From the NCBI GenBank assembly GCA_012837685.1, contig DUQS01000042.1, positions 11,739 to 75,738 on the forward strand: DNA of 64,000 bases, given 5' to 3'. A program made the translations under genes and the position numbers. Position 1 is the first letter of the stretch. Each line of letters starts with the position of its first letter. Of the stretch, positions 1-9,458 are shown one piece after another. Under the pieces are notes generated by a model. That model saw nothing but the letters and a program-made list of their open reading frames with translations, made no database searches and was not told the DNA's origin. This stretch comes from Bacteroidales bacterium (GTDB taxonomy: Bacteria; Bacteroidota; Bacteroidia; Bacteroidales; Paludibacteraceae).

Positions 1-903
1 AACCATTGTGCGGCGTTTTGATGTGATGGTGGAGAGCTGTTCTTGCAATTTGATGTCGTAAAGTTTGTTGCGTAGCATTTGCAGTGCCATTTCCTTATTT
101 TTAAGTTGCGAACGTGCCACTTGACACTGCACCATAATGCCGGTGGGCTTGTGGGTGAGTTGCACTTTTGTTTCTACTTTATTGACATTTTGACCTCCTG
201 CGCCGCTCGAACGTGCAGTTTGAAACTCCAAATCGGCAGGATTTATTTCTACATCCACCTCTTCTGCTTCCGGCAACACAGCCACAGTAGCCGCTGAAGT
301 GTGAACGCGCCCCTGCGTTTCCGTTTGCGGTACGCGCTGAACACGATGTACGCCGCTTTCGTATTTTAGCGTGCCATAAACGTTGTCGCCACTAACTTTA
401 AAGGCAATTTCTTTGTAGCCGCCCGATGTGCCTTCGCTGATAATGGTAATTTCGGTTTTCCAACCTTTATTTTCGCAGTAACGGCTGTACATTTTAAACA
501 AATCGCCGGCGAAAATGGCAGCTTCGTCGCCACCTGTGCCGCTTCTTATTTCTACGGTAGCGTTTTTTTCATCTTCAGGGTCGGCAGGAATGAGTAAAAT
601 TTTTATCTCTTCTTCCAAAGGTTCAATTTTTGTCTCAATTTCCTCTATTTCGGATTTCGCCATTTCACGCATTTCTGGGTCGTTTTCGGTTTCCAAAATG
701 GTTTTTGCTTCTTTCAGGTTGCTCAATAAAAGGTGATACTCGTTGCGTTTGGCAACAATTTTCCCCAAATGTGTATATTCTTTGTTGAGCCTTACGAAGC
801 GTTGCATATCGGCGATAACCGATGGGTCGGTTATGAGCGTAGATATTTCTTTGAAGCGATTGACCAGACCTTCGAGGCGGGATAAAAGTTTGTTTTGTTC
901 CAT
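1..903 (-). CDS. prfA: Peptide chain release factor 1 (RF1); C-terminal end lies beyond the window start
   Basis: Absent from the ORF track because it runs off the window. My minus-strand translation from ATG (903-901) reads [17 protein letters not shown]... and stays open to nt 1. GGQ motif in [14 protein letters not shown] (GGQ=190-198). RF1-type PxT tripeptide in [17 protein letters not shown] (322-330). Confidence 0.9.
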   Translation of the reverse strand, partial: MEQNKLLSRLEGLVNRFKEISTLITDPSVIADMQRFVRLNKEYTHLGKIVAKRNEYHLLLSNLKEAKTILETENDPEMREMAKSEIEEIETKIEPLEEEIKILLIPADPEDEKNATVEIRSGTGGDEAAIFAGDLFKMYSRYCENKGWKTEITIISEGTSGGYKEIAFKVSGDNVYGTLKYESGVHRVQRVPQTETQGRVHTSAATVAVLPEAEEVDVEINPADLEFQTARSSGAGGQNVNKVETKVQLTHKPTGIMVQCQVARSQLKNKEMALQMLRNKLYDIKLQEQLSTITSKRRTMV

Positions 904-968
904 TAGTATAGTGGGAATAATTTGGCGCAAAGTTACAAAAAAACGTCTGATGTGCGAAATTGAGCAAC

Positions 969-2399
969 CTACAAAATGGGACTAAACAATCGTGCCAACG
1001 ATTCAGCTATTTTTTTCGATTTTTTGCGTTTTTTCCACGAATTAAGTTTGAGTTCGCGGCATAATTTCAAATCTTTTTTGAAAAATCGCTTGAGTTGCTT
1101 GGCGGTATCTTGGTCGTAAATAAACACGTTCAACTCAAAGTTTTGTTCGTAACTGCGAATGTCCATATTGGCAGAGCCAATGGTCGAAATTTGGTTATCA
1201 ACGACAATGGCTTTACTATGTAAAAAATTGTTTTGGTAGAAATATACGCGTACGTTGGCTTCTATCAAATGTTGTAAATACGATTGGCTGGCGAGAGACA
1301 CCAATTTTACGTCTGATTTTTCGGGAAGCATCAGGCGCACGTCAACACCGCTTAAAGCTGCCGTTTCAAGTGCTGTCTGTACGCTTTCAGTCGGTAAAAA
1401 ATACGGCGTATGAATGTAAATGTATTCTTGTGCGTTATTTATCATGGTAACAATGCCTTGCATAATGTTTTCCCAATCTGTGTCGGGTCCGGAAGTAACA
1501 ACTTGACCATATTTTCCGTTGTTGTTTTGAGGAATATCGGGATAATATTTTTTTGCTTTAATAGGCTTGTTATCAACAAAATACCAATCAACTAAAAATG
1601 CGTTTTGCATACCGTAAACAATAGTGCCTTCCAAGCGTACCTGAGTGTCGCGCCACATTCCCAATTGGTTACCTTTCAGGTAGCGGTCGGCGACATTAAT
1701 ACCGCCGGTATAGCCTATTTTCCCGTCGATAACAACCAATTTTCGATGGTTGCGGTAATTTATTTTGCTAAATCCGATGCTGGGGTGAACGGGTAGGAAT
1801 GGTCGGATATAGACACCGGCTTTTATCATCGAACGGATATGTTTTTTCTTAAGTTTCCAACCGCCCACATAGTCGTAGATGACACGAACGCGCACGCCTT
1901 GTTGGGCTTTTTGCATGAGCAAATTGCGCAAATGACTTCCCAATTCATCATCTTCGATAATGTAAAACTCTATGTGAATGTGGTTTGTGGCATTTTCGAT
2001 ATCTTTCAGTAGAGCGTCGAACGTCTCTTTGCCGGTAGTATGTATTTCTATCTTGGAAATTTCGTAAAGCGGAGTCTTGCTGTTGTTTTTAAACAGGCGT
2101 ATTATTTTTTTTGTCTCTTCCGGAAAGACGATGTCGGCGTTAATAGTTTCGTCGATGGGTTGTACGGCTATTTTTTTGATGCTGCGTTTGGGAATGATTT
2201 TTTTACGGCGGAAATTTTGTCCCAGAAAAAAGTAGAGTATCAGCCCGATAACAGGAAGTAAAATCAAAATAAGAATCCAAGTAAGCGAATTGAGCGGATT
2301 GCGGTTTTCAAGCAAAATAACGCCGATGACCGATACAATCATATAGATAATGAAAGCCACGGCTACCCAATAGATAATATCTGAAGCTGTCCAAATCAT
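969..2399 (-). CDS. cls: Cardiolipin synthase (phospholipase D superfamily)
   Basis: 476 aa ORF with two N-terminal TM helices and two HKD motifs ([13 protein letters not shown]; [17 protein letters not shown]). ATG at 2399-2397. Confidence 0.9.
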   Translation of the reverse strand: MIWTASDIIYWVAVAFIIYMIVSVIGVILLENRNPLNSLTWILILILLPVIGLILYFFLGQNFRRKKIIPKRSIKKIAVQPIDETINADIVFPEETKKIIRLFKNNSKTPLYEISKIEIHTTGKETFDALLKDIENATNHIHIEFYIIEDDELGSHLRNLLMQKAQQGVRVRVIYDYVGGWKLKKKHIRSMIKAGVYIRPFLPVHPSIGFSKINYRNHRKLVVIDGKIGYTGGINVADRYLKGNQLGMWRDTQVRLEGTIVYGMQNAFLVDWYFVDNKPIKAKKYYPDIPQNNNGKYGQVVTSGPDTDWENIMQGIVTMINNAQEYIYIHTPYFLPTESVQTALETAALSGVDVRLMLPEKSDVKLVSLASQSYLQHLIEANVRVYFYQNNFLHSKAIVVDNQISTIGSANMDIRSYEQNFELNVFIYDQDTAKQLKRFFKKDLKLCRELKLNSWKKRKKSKKIAESLARLFSPIL

Positions 2400-2400
2400 T

Positions 2401-3453
2401 TTATAGCGGTATTCCTATTTCTATTTTTTGTTGTCCGTAAAAATGTATATCTGTTACTTTCATTTTTATTTCGGGCGCTTTTATGCCGTCAGCATTGAGT
2501 CGCATCGCTCCTGTTTCTATGCGACATTCATCCCATAAATCACTGTCAATAAACAGTTGTAGCGTTTTTGTGCCGCCTTCCACAATCATCGATGTCAGTT
2601 GTCGTCGATAGAGTTCGTCTAAAATTTGTTGTGCGAGATTGTTTGTGAAGTCGGTTTGTATAAATTCCGTATGTGTGAGATTGGCGCACTGTTTTTCGGT
2701 AAAGATAAGTGTCGGAGTGGAGTCGTCCATTAAGTGGCTGTCGGTGGGCAGTTTAAGCGTCCTGTCAATGCAAATTCGTACCGGATTTCGTCCTACCCAT
2801 TTTCTAACAGTTAGGTGCGGATTGTCCAATAAAGCGGTGCGCGTACCGACCAAAATGGCAGCTTCTTGTGTGCGCAATTGGTGATTTGTCTTTTTTGTAA
2901 AGTCGTTCGAAATGCGTATCGGGGGTGTTGAAGCATCGGTGCGCAGGGCATCTATCATGCCGTCAGCGGTTTGTGCCCATTTTAGTATCACATAGGGGCG
3001 TTTTTTTGTTTGGAACGTGATAAAACGTCTGTTTAATTGCCGACATTGTTGTTCCAAAACGCCTACCGTAACGTCAATTCCTGCTTTGCGTAGCTGTTCT
3101 ATACCGTTTCCGTTCACTTTTTCGTTGGGGTCGCTCATGCCAATTACCACACGTTTTATTTTTTTTGTGATAATTAATTGGCTGCATGGCGGCGTTTTCC
3201 CGTAGTGCGAACAGGGTTCCAAATTGACATACAGTGTAGATTCGGGCAAAAGAGATTCGTTTTCTGCTTTTACGCTGTTAATAGCGTTCACTTCAGCGTG
3301 CGGAAAGCCGCAACGTTGGTGATAGCCTTCGCCGATAATGGTGTCATTGTGTACAATAACGCAGCCCACCATAGGATTGGGGGCAGTGTCCGAAATGCCG
3401 TTCGATGCCAATTGTAGGCAGCGCAACATATATATATCGTCTTGGCTTCCCAT
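2401..3453 (-). CDS. ribD: Bifunctional riboflavin biosynthesis protein RibD (pyrimidine deaminase / uracil reductase)
   Basis: CMP/dCMP deaminase zinc motifs HAEVNAI and PCSHYGKTPPC, followed by a reductase C-domain. The ORF track starts at a TTG (3465); I prefer the ATG at 3453 (MGSQDDIYMLRCLQLA). The stop lies 1 nt before the cls start. Confidence 0.88.
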   Translation of the reverse strand: MGSQDDIYMLRCLQLASNGISDTAPNPMVGCVIVHNDTIIGEGYHQRCGFPHAEVNAINSVKAENESLLPESTLYVNLEPCSHYGKTPPCSQLIITKKIKRVVIGMSDPNEKVNGNGIEQLRKAGIDVTVGVLEQQCRQLNRRFITFQTKKRPYVILKWAQTADGMIDALRTDASTPPIRISNDFTKKTNHQLRTQEAAILVGTRTALLDNPHLTVRKWVGRNPVRICIDRTLKLPTDSHLMDDSTPTLIFTEKQCANLTHTEFIQTDFTNNLAQQILDELYRRQLTSMIVEGGTKTLQLFIDSDLWDECRIETGAMRLNADGIKAPEIKMKVTDIHFYGQQKIEIGIPL

Positions 3454-3552
3454 ATCAAAAAACAAAGATACAAATATTTCTATTGGAAAAGAGCAATTTA
3501 GTTATTTTTTTTGTCGGAGCATTTAAACTGCTCTAAATTGAGGAAAATAGTG

Positions 3553-3560
3553 TAATTTTG
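3553..3560 (+). promoter_or_regulatory. -7 box (TAATTTTG) upstream of lon
   Basis: Exact TAnnTTTG match. Implies a leader of about 90 nt before the ATG at 3656. Confidence 0.35.
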
Positions 3561-3655
3561 CAATTGCTTTTTTTGAAAAGTTTGACAAAATGTCAGTTCA
3601 GCCAATACGGCATACTATTTGGTAGGTAAATGACAAAGATGAATAAAAACTGATT

Positions 3656-6067
3656 ATGAAATTTAACATTAAAGATATTTTTAGAGAAGACGATTCGGAA
3701 GAGATAAGCAGCAACTTTATTCCGTTGATTTCTGAGGAAGATGGCAAGGAAGAACCTAACGCCAAAGACGGTGATGAATTATTGGTGTTGCCTTTGCGCA
3801 ATATGGTGCTTTTCCCTACGGTGGTGATGCCTGTTTCCGTAGGACGAAAAAAATCGTTGAAAACCATTCGCGAAGCTTACAATAACGGTCTCGAAATATT
3901 TGTGGCAACTCAGCGCGACAATAGAGTGGAAAATCCGAATGAATCCGACCTTTTCCCGATAGGAACGGTTGCCAGCATTATCCGCATATTGGAGATGCCC
4001 GACGGTTCGATAACGGCTATTGTACACGGTAAAAAACGTGCACGAATCAGCCAAATGGTAACCACTTCGCCGGCAATGTCAGCCAAAGTGCTTTTTGTGA
4101 ATGATATTGTTCCCACACCTGACGATAAAATTTTTACGGCATTGTTTGAAGCTATCAAGGAGTTGGCGCTAAAAATTATCAAAAACTCCGGTTCTATGCC
4201 TGATGAAGCGTCGTTTGCCGTGCGCAATATCGACCAGCCGATGTCGCTTATCAATTTTATTTGTGCCAATTTTGGCTTTAAACTGAACGACAAGGAACAT
4301 CTGCTCGAAATAGACGATGTGAAGGAACGCGGTTATCAATTGCTGGATTTGCTCAACCGTGAATCGCAGTTGCTGGAAATAAAAGCGTCCATACAATCGA
4401 AAGCACGTTTGGATATTGACCAACAGCAGCGCGAATACTATTTGCACCAACAGATTAAAACTATTCAAGAGGAGTTGGGCAACGATGCTTCGGATGTTAA
4501 GGAATTGCGCGCTAAAGCGAAAAAGAAAAAATGGGATAAAAAAGTAGCGGATTTATTTGAAAAAGAGGTAAAAAAGTTGGAACGCACACATCCGCACTCA
4601 CCCGATTATTCGGTACAGATGAATTATCTTGAAACATTGGTCAATTTGCCGTGGAACGAATATACTAAGGATAATTTCGACATAAAAAAGGCGCAACAAA
4701 TTCTTGACAGAGACCATTTTGGCATGGAAAAAGTCAAGGAACGCATTATAGAACATTTGGCAGTTTTAAAACTTAAAGGTGACCTGAAAGCTCCTATTTT
4801 GTGTCTGTACGGACCTCCGGGGGTTGGTAAAACGTCGTTAGGAAAATCCATTGCCGAAACGCTCAATCGTAAATATATCCGTATGTCACTGGGCGGATTG
4901 CACGATGAAGCCGAAATACGGGGTCATCGGCGCACTTATATCGGTGCTATGCCCGGACGCATCATACAAAATCTGAATAAAGTAGGAGTTTCCAATCCTG
5001 TTTTTGTGTTGGACGAAATTGATAAAGTCAGTTCCGATTACAAAGGCGATCCCGCATCGGCTCTGCTTGAAGTGCTTGACCCTGAGCAAAATAGCACTTT
5101 CCACGACAATTTCCTTGATGTCGATTACGATTTGTCAAAAGTGTTGTTTATTGCCACAGCCAACAGTCTGAACACCATTTCGAGACCACTTTTGGACAGA
5201 ATGGAATTGATAGAGGTGAGTGGCTATATTTTGGAAGAAAAACGCGAAATAGCTTCACACTATCTTATCCCGAAACAGTTGGAAAATCATGGTATCTCTA
5301 AAAAAGATTTGAAATTTTCCAAGACAGCAATAGAAAAAATTATCGAAAACTATACGCGTGAGTCGGGTGTGCGTGAATTAGACCGCGTATTGGCGAAAAT
5401 TATGCGCAAAGTAGCGCGCAAAATAGCTGCCGGCGAGGAGTATAATCGCACCATAAAGGCGGAAGACCTCACAGAATATTTAGGAGTCAGCTCTTATGAA
5501 AAAGATAAATATGAAGGTAAAGGCGAAATTGGCGTCGTTACCGGATTAGCTTGGACAAAAGTCGGCGGTGAAATTCTTTTCATCGAGTCAAGTTTGAGCA
5601 AAAGCAAAACACCGAAACTGACTTTGACGGGAAATTTAGGCGAAGTGATGAAAGAATCGGCAGTGATTGCGCTTGAATATTTGCATGCTCATGCCGAAGA
5701 GTGGGGTATTCCTGAAAGTATGTTCGACGAATACAATGTGCATGTTCATGTGCCGGAAGGAGCCATTCCAAAAGATGGACCGTCGGCGGGAATAACGATG
5801 CTAACGGCTTTAACTTCAGCTTTTACCAAACGCAAAGTGCAGAAAAGTTTGGCTATGACCGGCGAAATAACATTGCGCGGAAAACTTTTGCCTGTAGGCG
5901 GAATAAAAGAGAAGATTTTGGCAGCAAAACGTGCCGGTATCAAGCAGATTATCTTGTGCGAAGAAAATCGAAAAGACGTAGAAGAAATTAAAGAATTGTA
6001 CCTCAAAGGTCTGACTTTCTATTATGCACGAGATATGAGAGATGCGCTAAAACGCGCTTTAGAATAA
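3656..6067 (+). CDS. lon: ATP-dependent Lon protease
   Basis: 803 aa. LON N-domain (LLVLPLRNMVLFP), Walker A GPPGVGKTS, catalytic serine motif PKDGPSAGITM. Confidence 0.95.
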   Translation: MKFNIKDIFREDDSEEISSNFIPLISEEDGKEEPNAKDGDELLVLPLRNMVLFPTVVMPVSVGRKKSLKTIREAYNNGLEIFVATQRDNRVENPNESDLFPIGTVASIIRILEMPDGSITAIVHGKKRARISQMVTTSPAMSAKVLFVNDIVPTPDDKIFTALFEAIKELALKIIKNSGSMPDEASFAVRNIDQPMSLINFICANFGFKLNDKEHLLEIDDVKERGYQLLDLLNRESQLLEIKASIQSKARLDIDQQQREYYLHQQIKTIQEELGNDASDVKELRAKAKKKKWDKKVADLFEKEVKKLERTHPHSPDYSVQMNYLETLVNLPWNEYTKDNFDIKKAQQILDRDHFGMEKVKERIIEHLAVLKLKGDLKAPILCLYGPPGVGKTSLGKSIAETLNRKYIRMSLGGLHDEAEIRGHRRTYIGAMPGRIIQNLNKVGVSNPVFVLDEIDKVSSDYKGDPASALLEVLDPEQNSTFHDNFLDVDYDLSKVLFIATANSLNTISRPLLDRMELIEVSGYILEEKREIASHYLIPKQLENHGISKKDLKFSKTAIEKIIENYTRESGVRELDRVLAKIMRKVARKIAAGEEYNRTIKAEDLTEYLGVSSYEKDKYEGKGEIGVVTGLAWTKVGGEILFIESSLSKSKTPKLTLTGNLGEVMKESAVIALEYLHAHAEEWGIPESMFDEYNVHVHVPEGAIPKDGPSAGITMLTALTSAFTKRKVQKSLAMTGEITLRGKLLPVGGIKEKILAAKRAGIKQIILCEENRKDVEEIKELYLKGLTFYYARDMRDALKRALE

Positions 6068-6096
6068 CGATTTGTAAATTAAACAATTAAAAACAG

Positions 6097-6129
6097 GCGG
6101 AATGTGATAATATATCCATTCCGCTTTTG
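6097..6129. terminator. Bidirectional rho-independent terminator between lon (+) and the EEP gene (-)
   Basis: Stem GCGGAATG (6097-6104) / CATTCCGC (6117-6124), followed by TTTTG and preceded by AAAAACAG. Confidence 0.7.
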
Positions 6130-6147
6130 TTATATTTGTACCTTTTG

Positions 6148-7239
6148 TTAATGTTTTATCTGAAATTCCGCTAAAACAGGGTAATGGTCGGAGTAATCGA
6201 TATGGATAATGTTACTTGATAAGGGAATTATCCGATTTTTGCTCGCTAACACATGGTCAATGTTTACCAGTATGCCATTGCTATGAAATGTATAGTGGTA
6301 GCCCCATTTGGTTGCGATAATAATATCCGTCATGTTTTTTGCTATGGTGTGGTAAGCGTACGATTGCGGTACGTCGTTAAAGTCGCCACACGCCACTACA
6401 GGATAAGGTGATTGAGCTATCTCTTTGGCGATAATTTGTGCCTGTTTTGCACGAACACGGTAAGCGGAACTGAGTTTAGTGGACATTTTTTCGGTAACGG
6501 AACGCAGCTTTTCGCTGTTAAAATTGTCCGACAGTTCTTTGTAGCGTTTCACATCGCCCAAGGTAAATTTGTTCGATTCTAAATGGTTATTGAAAAGGCG
6601 CAGAGTATCGTCGTCTATCACAATGTCGGAATAGATGCTGACGTTATAGGCTGATGCGTAGTTCACTTTGCGCTTTTTTATAATGGGATATTTTGAAAAC
6701 GTAGCCACTCCCCACGACATATCGCCGCGTTGATTTTTGTACCACAAATGTCTATAGGGATATTTAATGTAAAATCGGGTTAAAATATCTTTTTCATTCA
6801 AACGGCTGTTTCGGTTGTAAAAACCGAACTCTTGTAGGCAAACAATATCGGCATCTTGTTCTTCTATCAAGCGCATGATTTCCTTATATTTTTTTTCGCC
6901 GCTGAATATGGAAATGTTGTAAGTGAGCAGTTTAAGCGTTGGGCGTTGAGCTACTGCGGTCTTCTGTCGGAGTGGAACGGAAAAAACTCTATTTACTGCC
7001 GGCAATGTTAGGATTAACAATCCAAAAGAGATGAGACAATACCATTTGTGGCGGCGGAACAACCAAAAAATGCCGAAACCTAATTGAATAAGTACGAGTA
7101 ACGGAAAAAAAAGTCCGAAATAGCTGAACCACACAAACTTATTGGATGGTACTACGGCTGCCAGCAATCCGAAAATGTACATCAACGAAAAGAATAGGTT
7201 GATGAGTAAAGCCAAATATTTGATGGCGCTGCGGAACAT
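6148..7239 (-). CDS. Endonuclease/exonuclease/phosphatase (EEP) family protein with N-terminal polytopic membrane anchor
   Basis: 363 aa. About 4 hydrophobic helices in the first ~85 aa. EEP signatures LTYNI, CLQEF, FNNHL, CGDFND, IDHVL, SDHYPV. Confidence 0.8.
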   Translation of the reverse strand: MFRSAIKYLALLINLFFSLMYIFGLLAAVVPSNKFVWFSYFGLFFPLLVLIQLGFGIFWLFRRHKWYCLISFGLLILTLPAVNRVFSVPLRQKTAVAQRPTLKLLTYNISIFSGEKKYKEIMRLIEEQDADIVCLQEFGFYNRNSRLNEKDILTRFYIKYPYRHLWYKNQRGDMSWGVATFSKYPIIKKRKVNYASAYNVSIYSDIVIDDDTLRLFNNHLESNKFTLGDVKRYKELSDNFNSEKLRSVTEKMSTKLSSAYRVRAKQAQIIAKEIAQSPYPVVACGDFNDVPQSYAYHTIAKNMTDIIIATKWGYHYTFHSNGILVNIDHVLASKNRIIPLSSNIIHIDYSDHYPVLAEFQIKH

Positions 7240-7246
7240 GGTTGAA

Positions 7247-8134
7247 TTACATTTTTTTACTTTGGTTAAATAGTTGTTGTTTCTCTTCGTCGGTAAGACT
7301 TTGATAACCGCTCTTTTTTATTTTGTCCAAAATGATATCGATATTTTTTTCTGCCTGTTTCTTTTCGTAATTGTATTCGGCATCCGATTTCGGTTTTTTC
7401 GAAAATTTTATTTTGCGCATTTTTGGTTTGGGTTTAAACAAGTTGGCAAACCAATTGATGACACGCGTTACCGGTTGCGTTAAATCGTTGCCACGATAGA
7501 GTAGTCGGGCGTAGATGTAACCCATCAATGCTCCGCCGATATGGGCAAATTCGCCGCCGGCATTACTCGATGTTGTCCCGAATGCACTCAATAAAAAGGT
7601 GATAATAGCAATATATTTTAATTTTACATCACCAATAAAAATTAACCGTATGGTGGCATTGGGCGTAGCTATTGCCGCTACAACCAAAATTGCCATTACC
7701 GAAGCCGAAGCTCCTAAAAGGTACGAAGTTGCTACTCTATTGGCAAATAGCGGAAACAGATTGTAAGCCGCAAAGTAAACGGCTGTTCCCGCAATGCCTC
7801 CCCAAAGGTAAACGCCTACCAACTGTTTTTGCGAAAAACTATCCAAAAAGAATTTTCCAAACCAATAGAGGCATAACATATTAAAGAAAAGGTGAAAAAA
7901 ATCGTAATGCAAAAACATATAGCTAATTACACTCCACGGTTGTTTAATAAACGTGTTTAGTGCAGCCGGCATTTCAATGTAGTGCAAAAAATGGTCACCG
8001 GAAAGGTTGAAAAGTTGAAGCACAATGAAGGCTATGCGAATGAGCAGAAACACACCTACATTAATGAAAATCAATCTAATGAGAGTTGTGCCGTTTTGGT
8101 ATTTGTTGTGTATGAAATTAAAAAATTGGCTCAT
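7247..8134 (-). CDS. Rhomboid family intramembrane serine protease (with charged C-terminal tail)
   Basis: 295 aa. HLFFNM (HxxxN), GASASVMA (GxSx), HIGGALMG (catalytic His), multiple TM helices. Its ATG overlaps the stop of the upstream rhomboid (ATGA at 8131-8134). Confidence 0.85.
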   Translation of the reverse strand: MSQFFNFIHNKYQNGTTLIRLIFINVGVFLLIRIAFIVLQLFNLSGDHFLHYIEMPAALNTFIKQPWSVISYMFLHYDFFHLFFNMLCLYWFGKFFLDSFSQKQLVGVYLWGGIAGTAVYFAAYNLFPLFANRVATSYLLGASASVMAILVVAAIATPNATIRLIFIGDVKLKYIAIITFLLSAFGTTSSNAGGEFAHIGGALMGYIYARLLYRGNDLTQPVTRVINWFANLFKPKPKMRKIKFSKKPKSDAEYNYEKKQAEKNIDIILDKIKKSGYQSLTDEEKQQLFNQSKKM

Positions 8135-8922
8135 GATTGTGAAAATAAACGTCCTTTCTTTTTCCAGTATAAAAGAATTAAAACACCAAAAAACATGCCG
8201 CCGAGGTGTGCGAAGTGCGCCACATTGTCGCCGCTGAAGTTAGCCACTCCCAAAAAGAGTTCTGCCACACCGTAGATAATAACGAAAATGCGTGCTCTTA
8301 TGGGCACGGGAATAAACAAAACAAAGAGTTTGATGTCGGGAAACATCCAGCCGAAAGCCAAAAGCAGCCCGAATAAAGCCCCTGAAGCACCTATAGTAAC
8401 AGGAGCGTTGAGTAACATTTCTTTCAGCCAAATAGCATCAATTGCCGTAATTTGGCTAATATCGCCAGTAAACCATCGCTGAAACAGGTGCTGAAACGGA
8501 ACGAGTGTTTTGCCCGAATTGGTGGCAATGGCTGTGTTTAAAGCCGAAGTAACGCCCGCTAAATCAATTGTCCAGAATAATTGTTGTATAATGGCAGCTC
8601 CGAAGCCTGTCAGCAAGTAATAGAACAAAAATTTTTTCGTTCCCCATACTTGTTCCAAAATTCGACCGAACATATACACGCCGAACATATTAAAAAACAG
8701 ATGCGCAAAAGAGCCGGTATTATGCAGAAACATATATGAAATCATCTGCAACGGATTGAATAAATCGGAGCTCCAATAGTGCATTCCTAGAAATTTTACG
8801 ACATCGAAACCTGTTTTCTCGGGTAAAAAAATGCTTGCACACCAAAAAATCAGGTTTATGGCAATGAGATTTGCCACTGTCGGATACTCTTTGAAGAAGG
8901 TAGAAAATCGATTTGAACTCAT
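8131..8922 (-). CDS. Rhomboid family intramembrane serine protease
   Basis: 263 aa. HLFFNMFG (HxxxN), GASGALFGL (GxSx), AHLGGMFFG (His), 6-7 TM helices. Confidence 0.85.
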   Translation of the reverse strand: MSSNRFSTFFKEYPTVANLIAINLIFWCASIFLPEKTGFDVVKFLGMHYWSSDLFNPLQMISYMFLHNTGSFAHLFFNMFGVYMFGRILEQVWGTKKFLFYYLLTGFGAAIIQQLFWTIDLAGVTSALNTAIATNSGKTLVPFQHLFQRWFTGDISQITAIDAIWLKEMLLNAPVTIGASGALFGLLLAFGWMFPDIKLFVLFIPVPIRARIFVIIYGVAELFLGVANFSGDNVAHFAHLGGMFFGVLILLYWKKKGRLFSQS

Positions 8923-8940
8923 TTAAGCTGAAATTTTGTG

Positions 8941-8948
8941 CAAAAATA
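8941..8948 (-). promoter_or_regulatory. -7 box (TATTTTTG on the minus strand) upstream of the rhomboid-rhomboid-EEP operon
   Basis: CAAAAATA on the plus strand, 19 nt upstream of the ATG at 8922. Confidence 0.4.
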
Positions 8949-9029
8949 GGCAAAAAAGAGCGTTAAAATGCAATTTTTGTCTGAAAATACATTTTTTTTT
9001 TGTTTTTGTGCAAAAAAATGTTTCAAAAA

Positions 9030-9061
9030 TTTGTTTCACACAAATATTTGGTTTATTTTTG
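9030..9061 (+). promoter_or_regulatory. Bacteroidota-type promoter of HU (-33 TTTG, -7 TAnnTTTG)
   Basis: TTTG at 9030-9033, 20-nt spacer, TATTTTTG at 9054-9061, ATG at 9108. Confidence 0.5.
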
Positions 9062-9107
9062 TCGGAGTATTTCAAATATTTTTTTTTAACCCCAAATCTT
9101 TTTAATT

Positions 9108-9380
9108 ATGAACAAAGCAGATTTAATTAATGCGATTGCTGAGAAAGCTGGTCTTAGCAAAGTAGATTCTAAAAAAGCTCTTGAAGCTGTTACAGCAAGT
9201 ATCGTTAAGGCTCTTGCAGCTGGTGATAAAGTTAGCTTGGTAGGCTTCGGTACATTTTCTGTTGCAAAACGTAGCGCACGCAAAGGTATCAACCCCGCAA
9301 CAAAGAAACCAATTACCATTGCAGCTAAAAAAGTTGCTAAATTTAAAGCCGGTGCTGATTTGGCAAACGCAATTAACTAA
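9108..9380 (+). CDS. hup: HU family DNA-binding protein
   Basis: 90 aa. MNKADLINAIAEKAGLSK...GFGTFSVAKRSARKGINPATKKPITIAAKKVAKFKAG is a typical HU/IHF fold signature. Confidence 0.95.
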   Translation: MNKADLINAIAEKAGLSKVDSKKALEAVTASIVKALAAGDKVSLVGFGTFSVAKRSARKGINPATKKPITIAAKKVAKFKAGADLANAIN

Positions 9381-9404
9381 TAAGTTTAGTCAGACAAACC
9401 TTAT

Positions 9405-9439
9405 AAAAAGAGGATGCTTGAAAAAGGCATCCTCTTTTT
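9405..9439. terminator. Bidirectional terminator between HU (+) and queA (-)
   Basis: AAAAAGAGGATGC ... GCATCCTCTTTTT. The 8-bp GC-containing core is flanked by an A-run and a T-run. Confidence 0.8.
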
Positions 9440-9458
9440 GTTGTGTGCTGTAACTGTG

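Noticed and set aside
1-903. Possible programmed +1 frameshift, as in prfB, in the release-factor gene.
   Set aside because: The gene is RF1 (PxT motif, not SPF). It reads as a single uninterrupted frame from the ATG at 903 to the window edge.
3454-3655. Riboswitch candidates: an FMN (RFN) element upstream of ribD, a TPP element upstream of thiL (about 26500-26584), and a cobalamin element near the PduO-type adenosyltransferase (about 51595-52336).
   Set aside because: The regions are AT-rich and short. By eye they lack the conserved GC-rich cores of these riboswitch classes; for example, there is no cobalamin B12-box-like GCCACTG. thiL and the adenosyltransferase have almost no upstream spacer. 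A cmscan run would be the decisive check.
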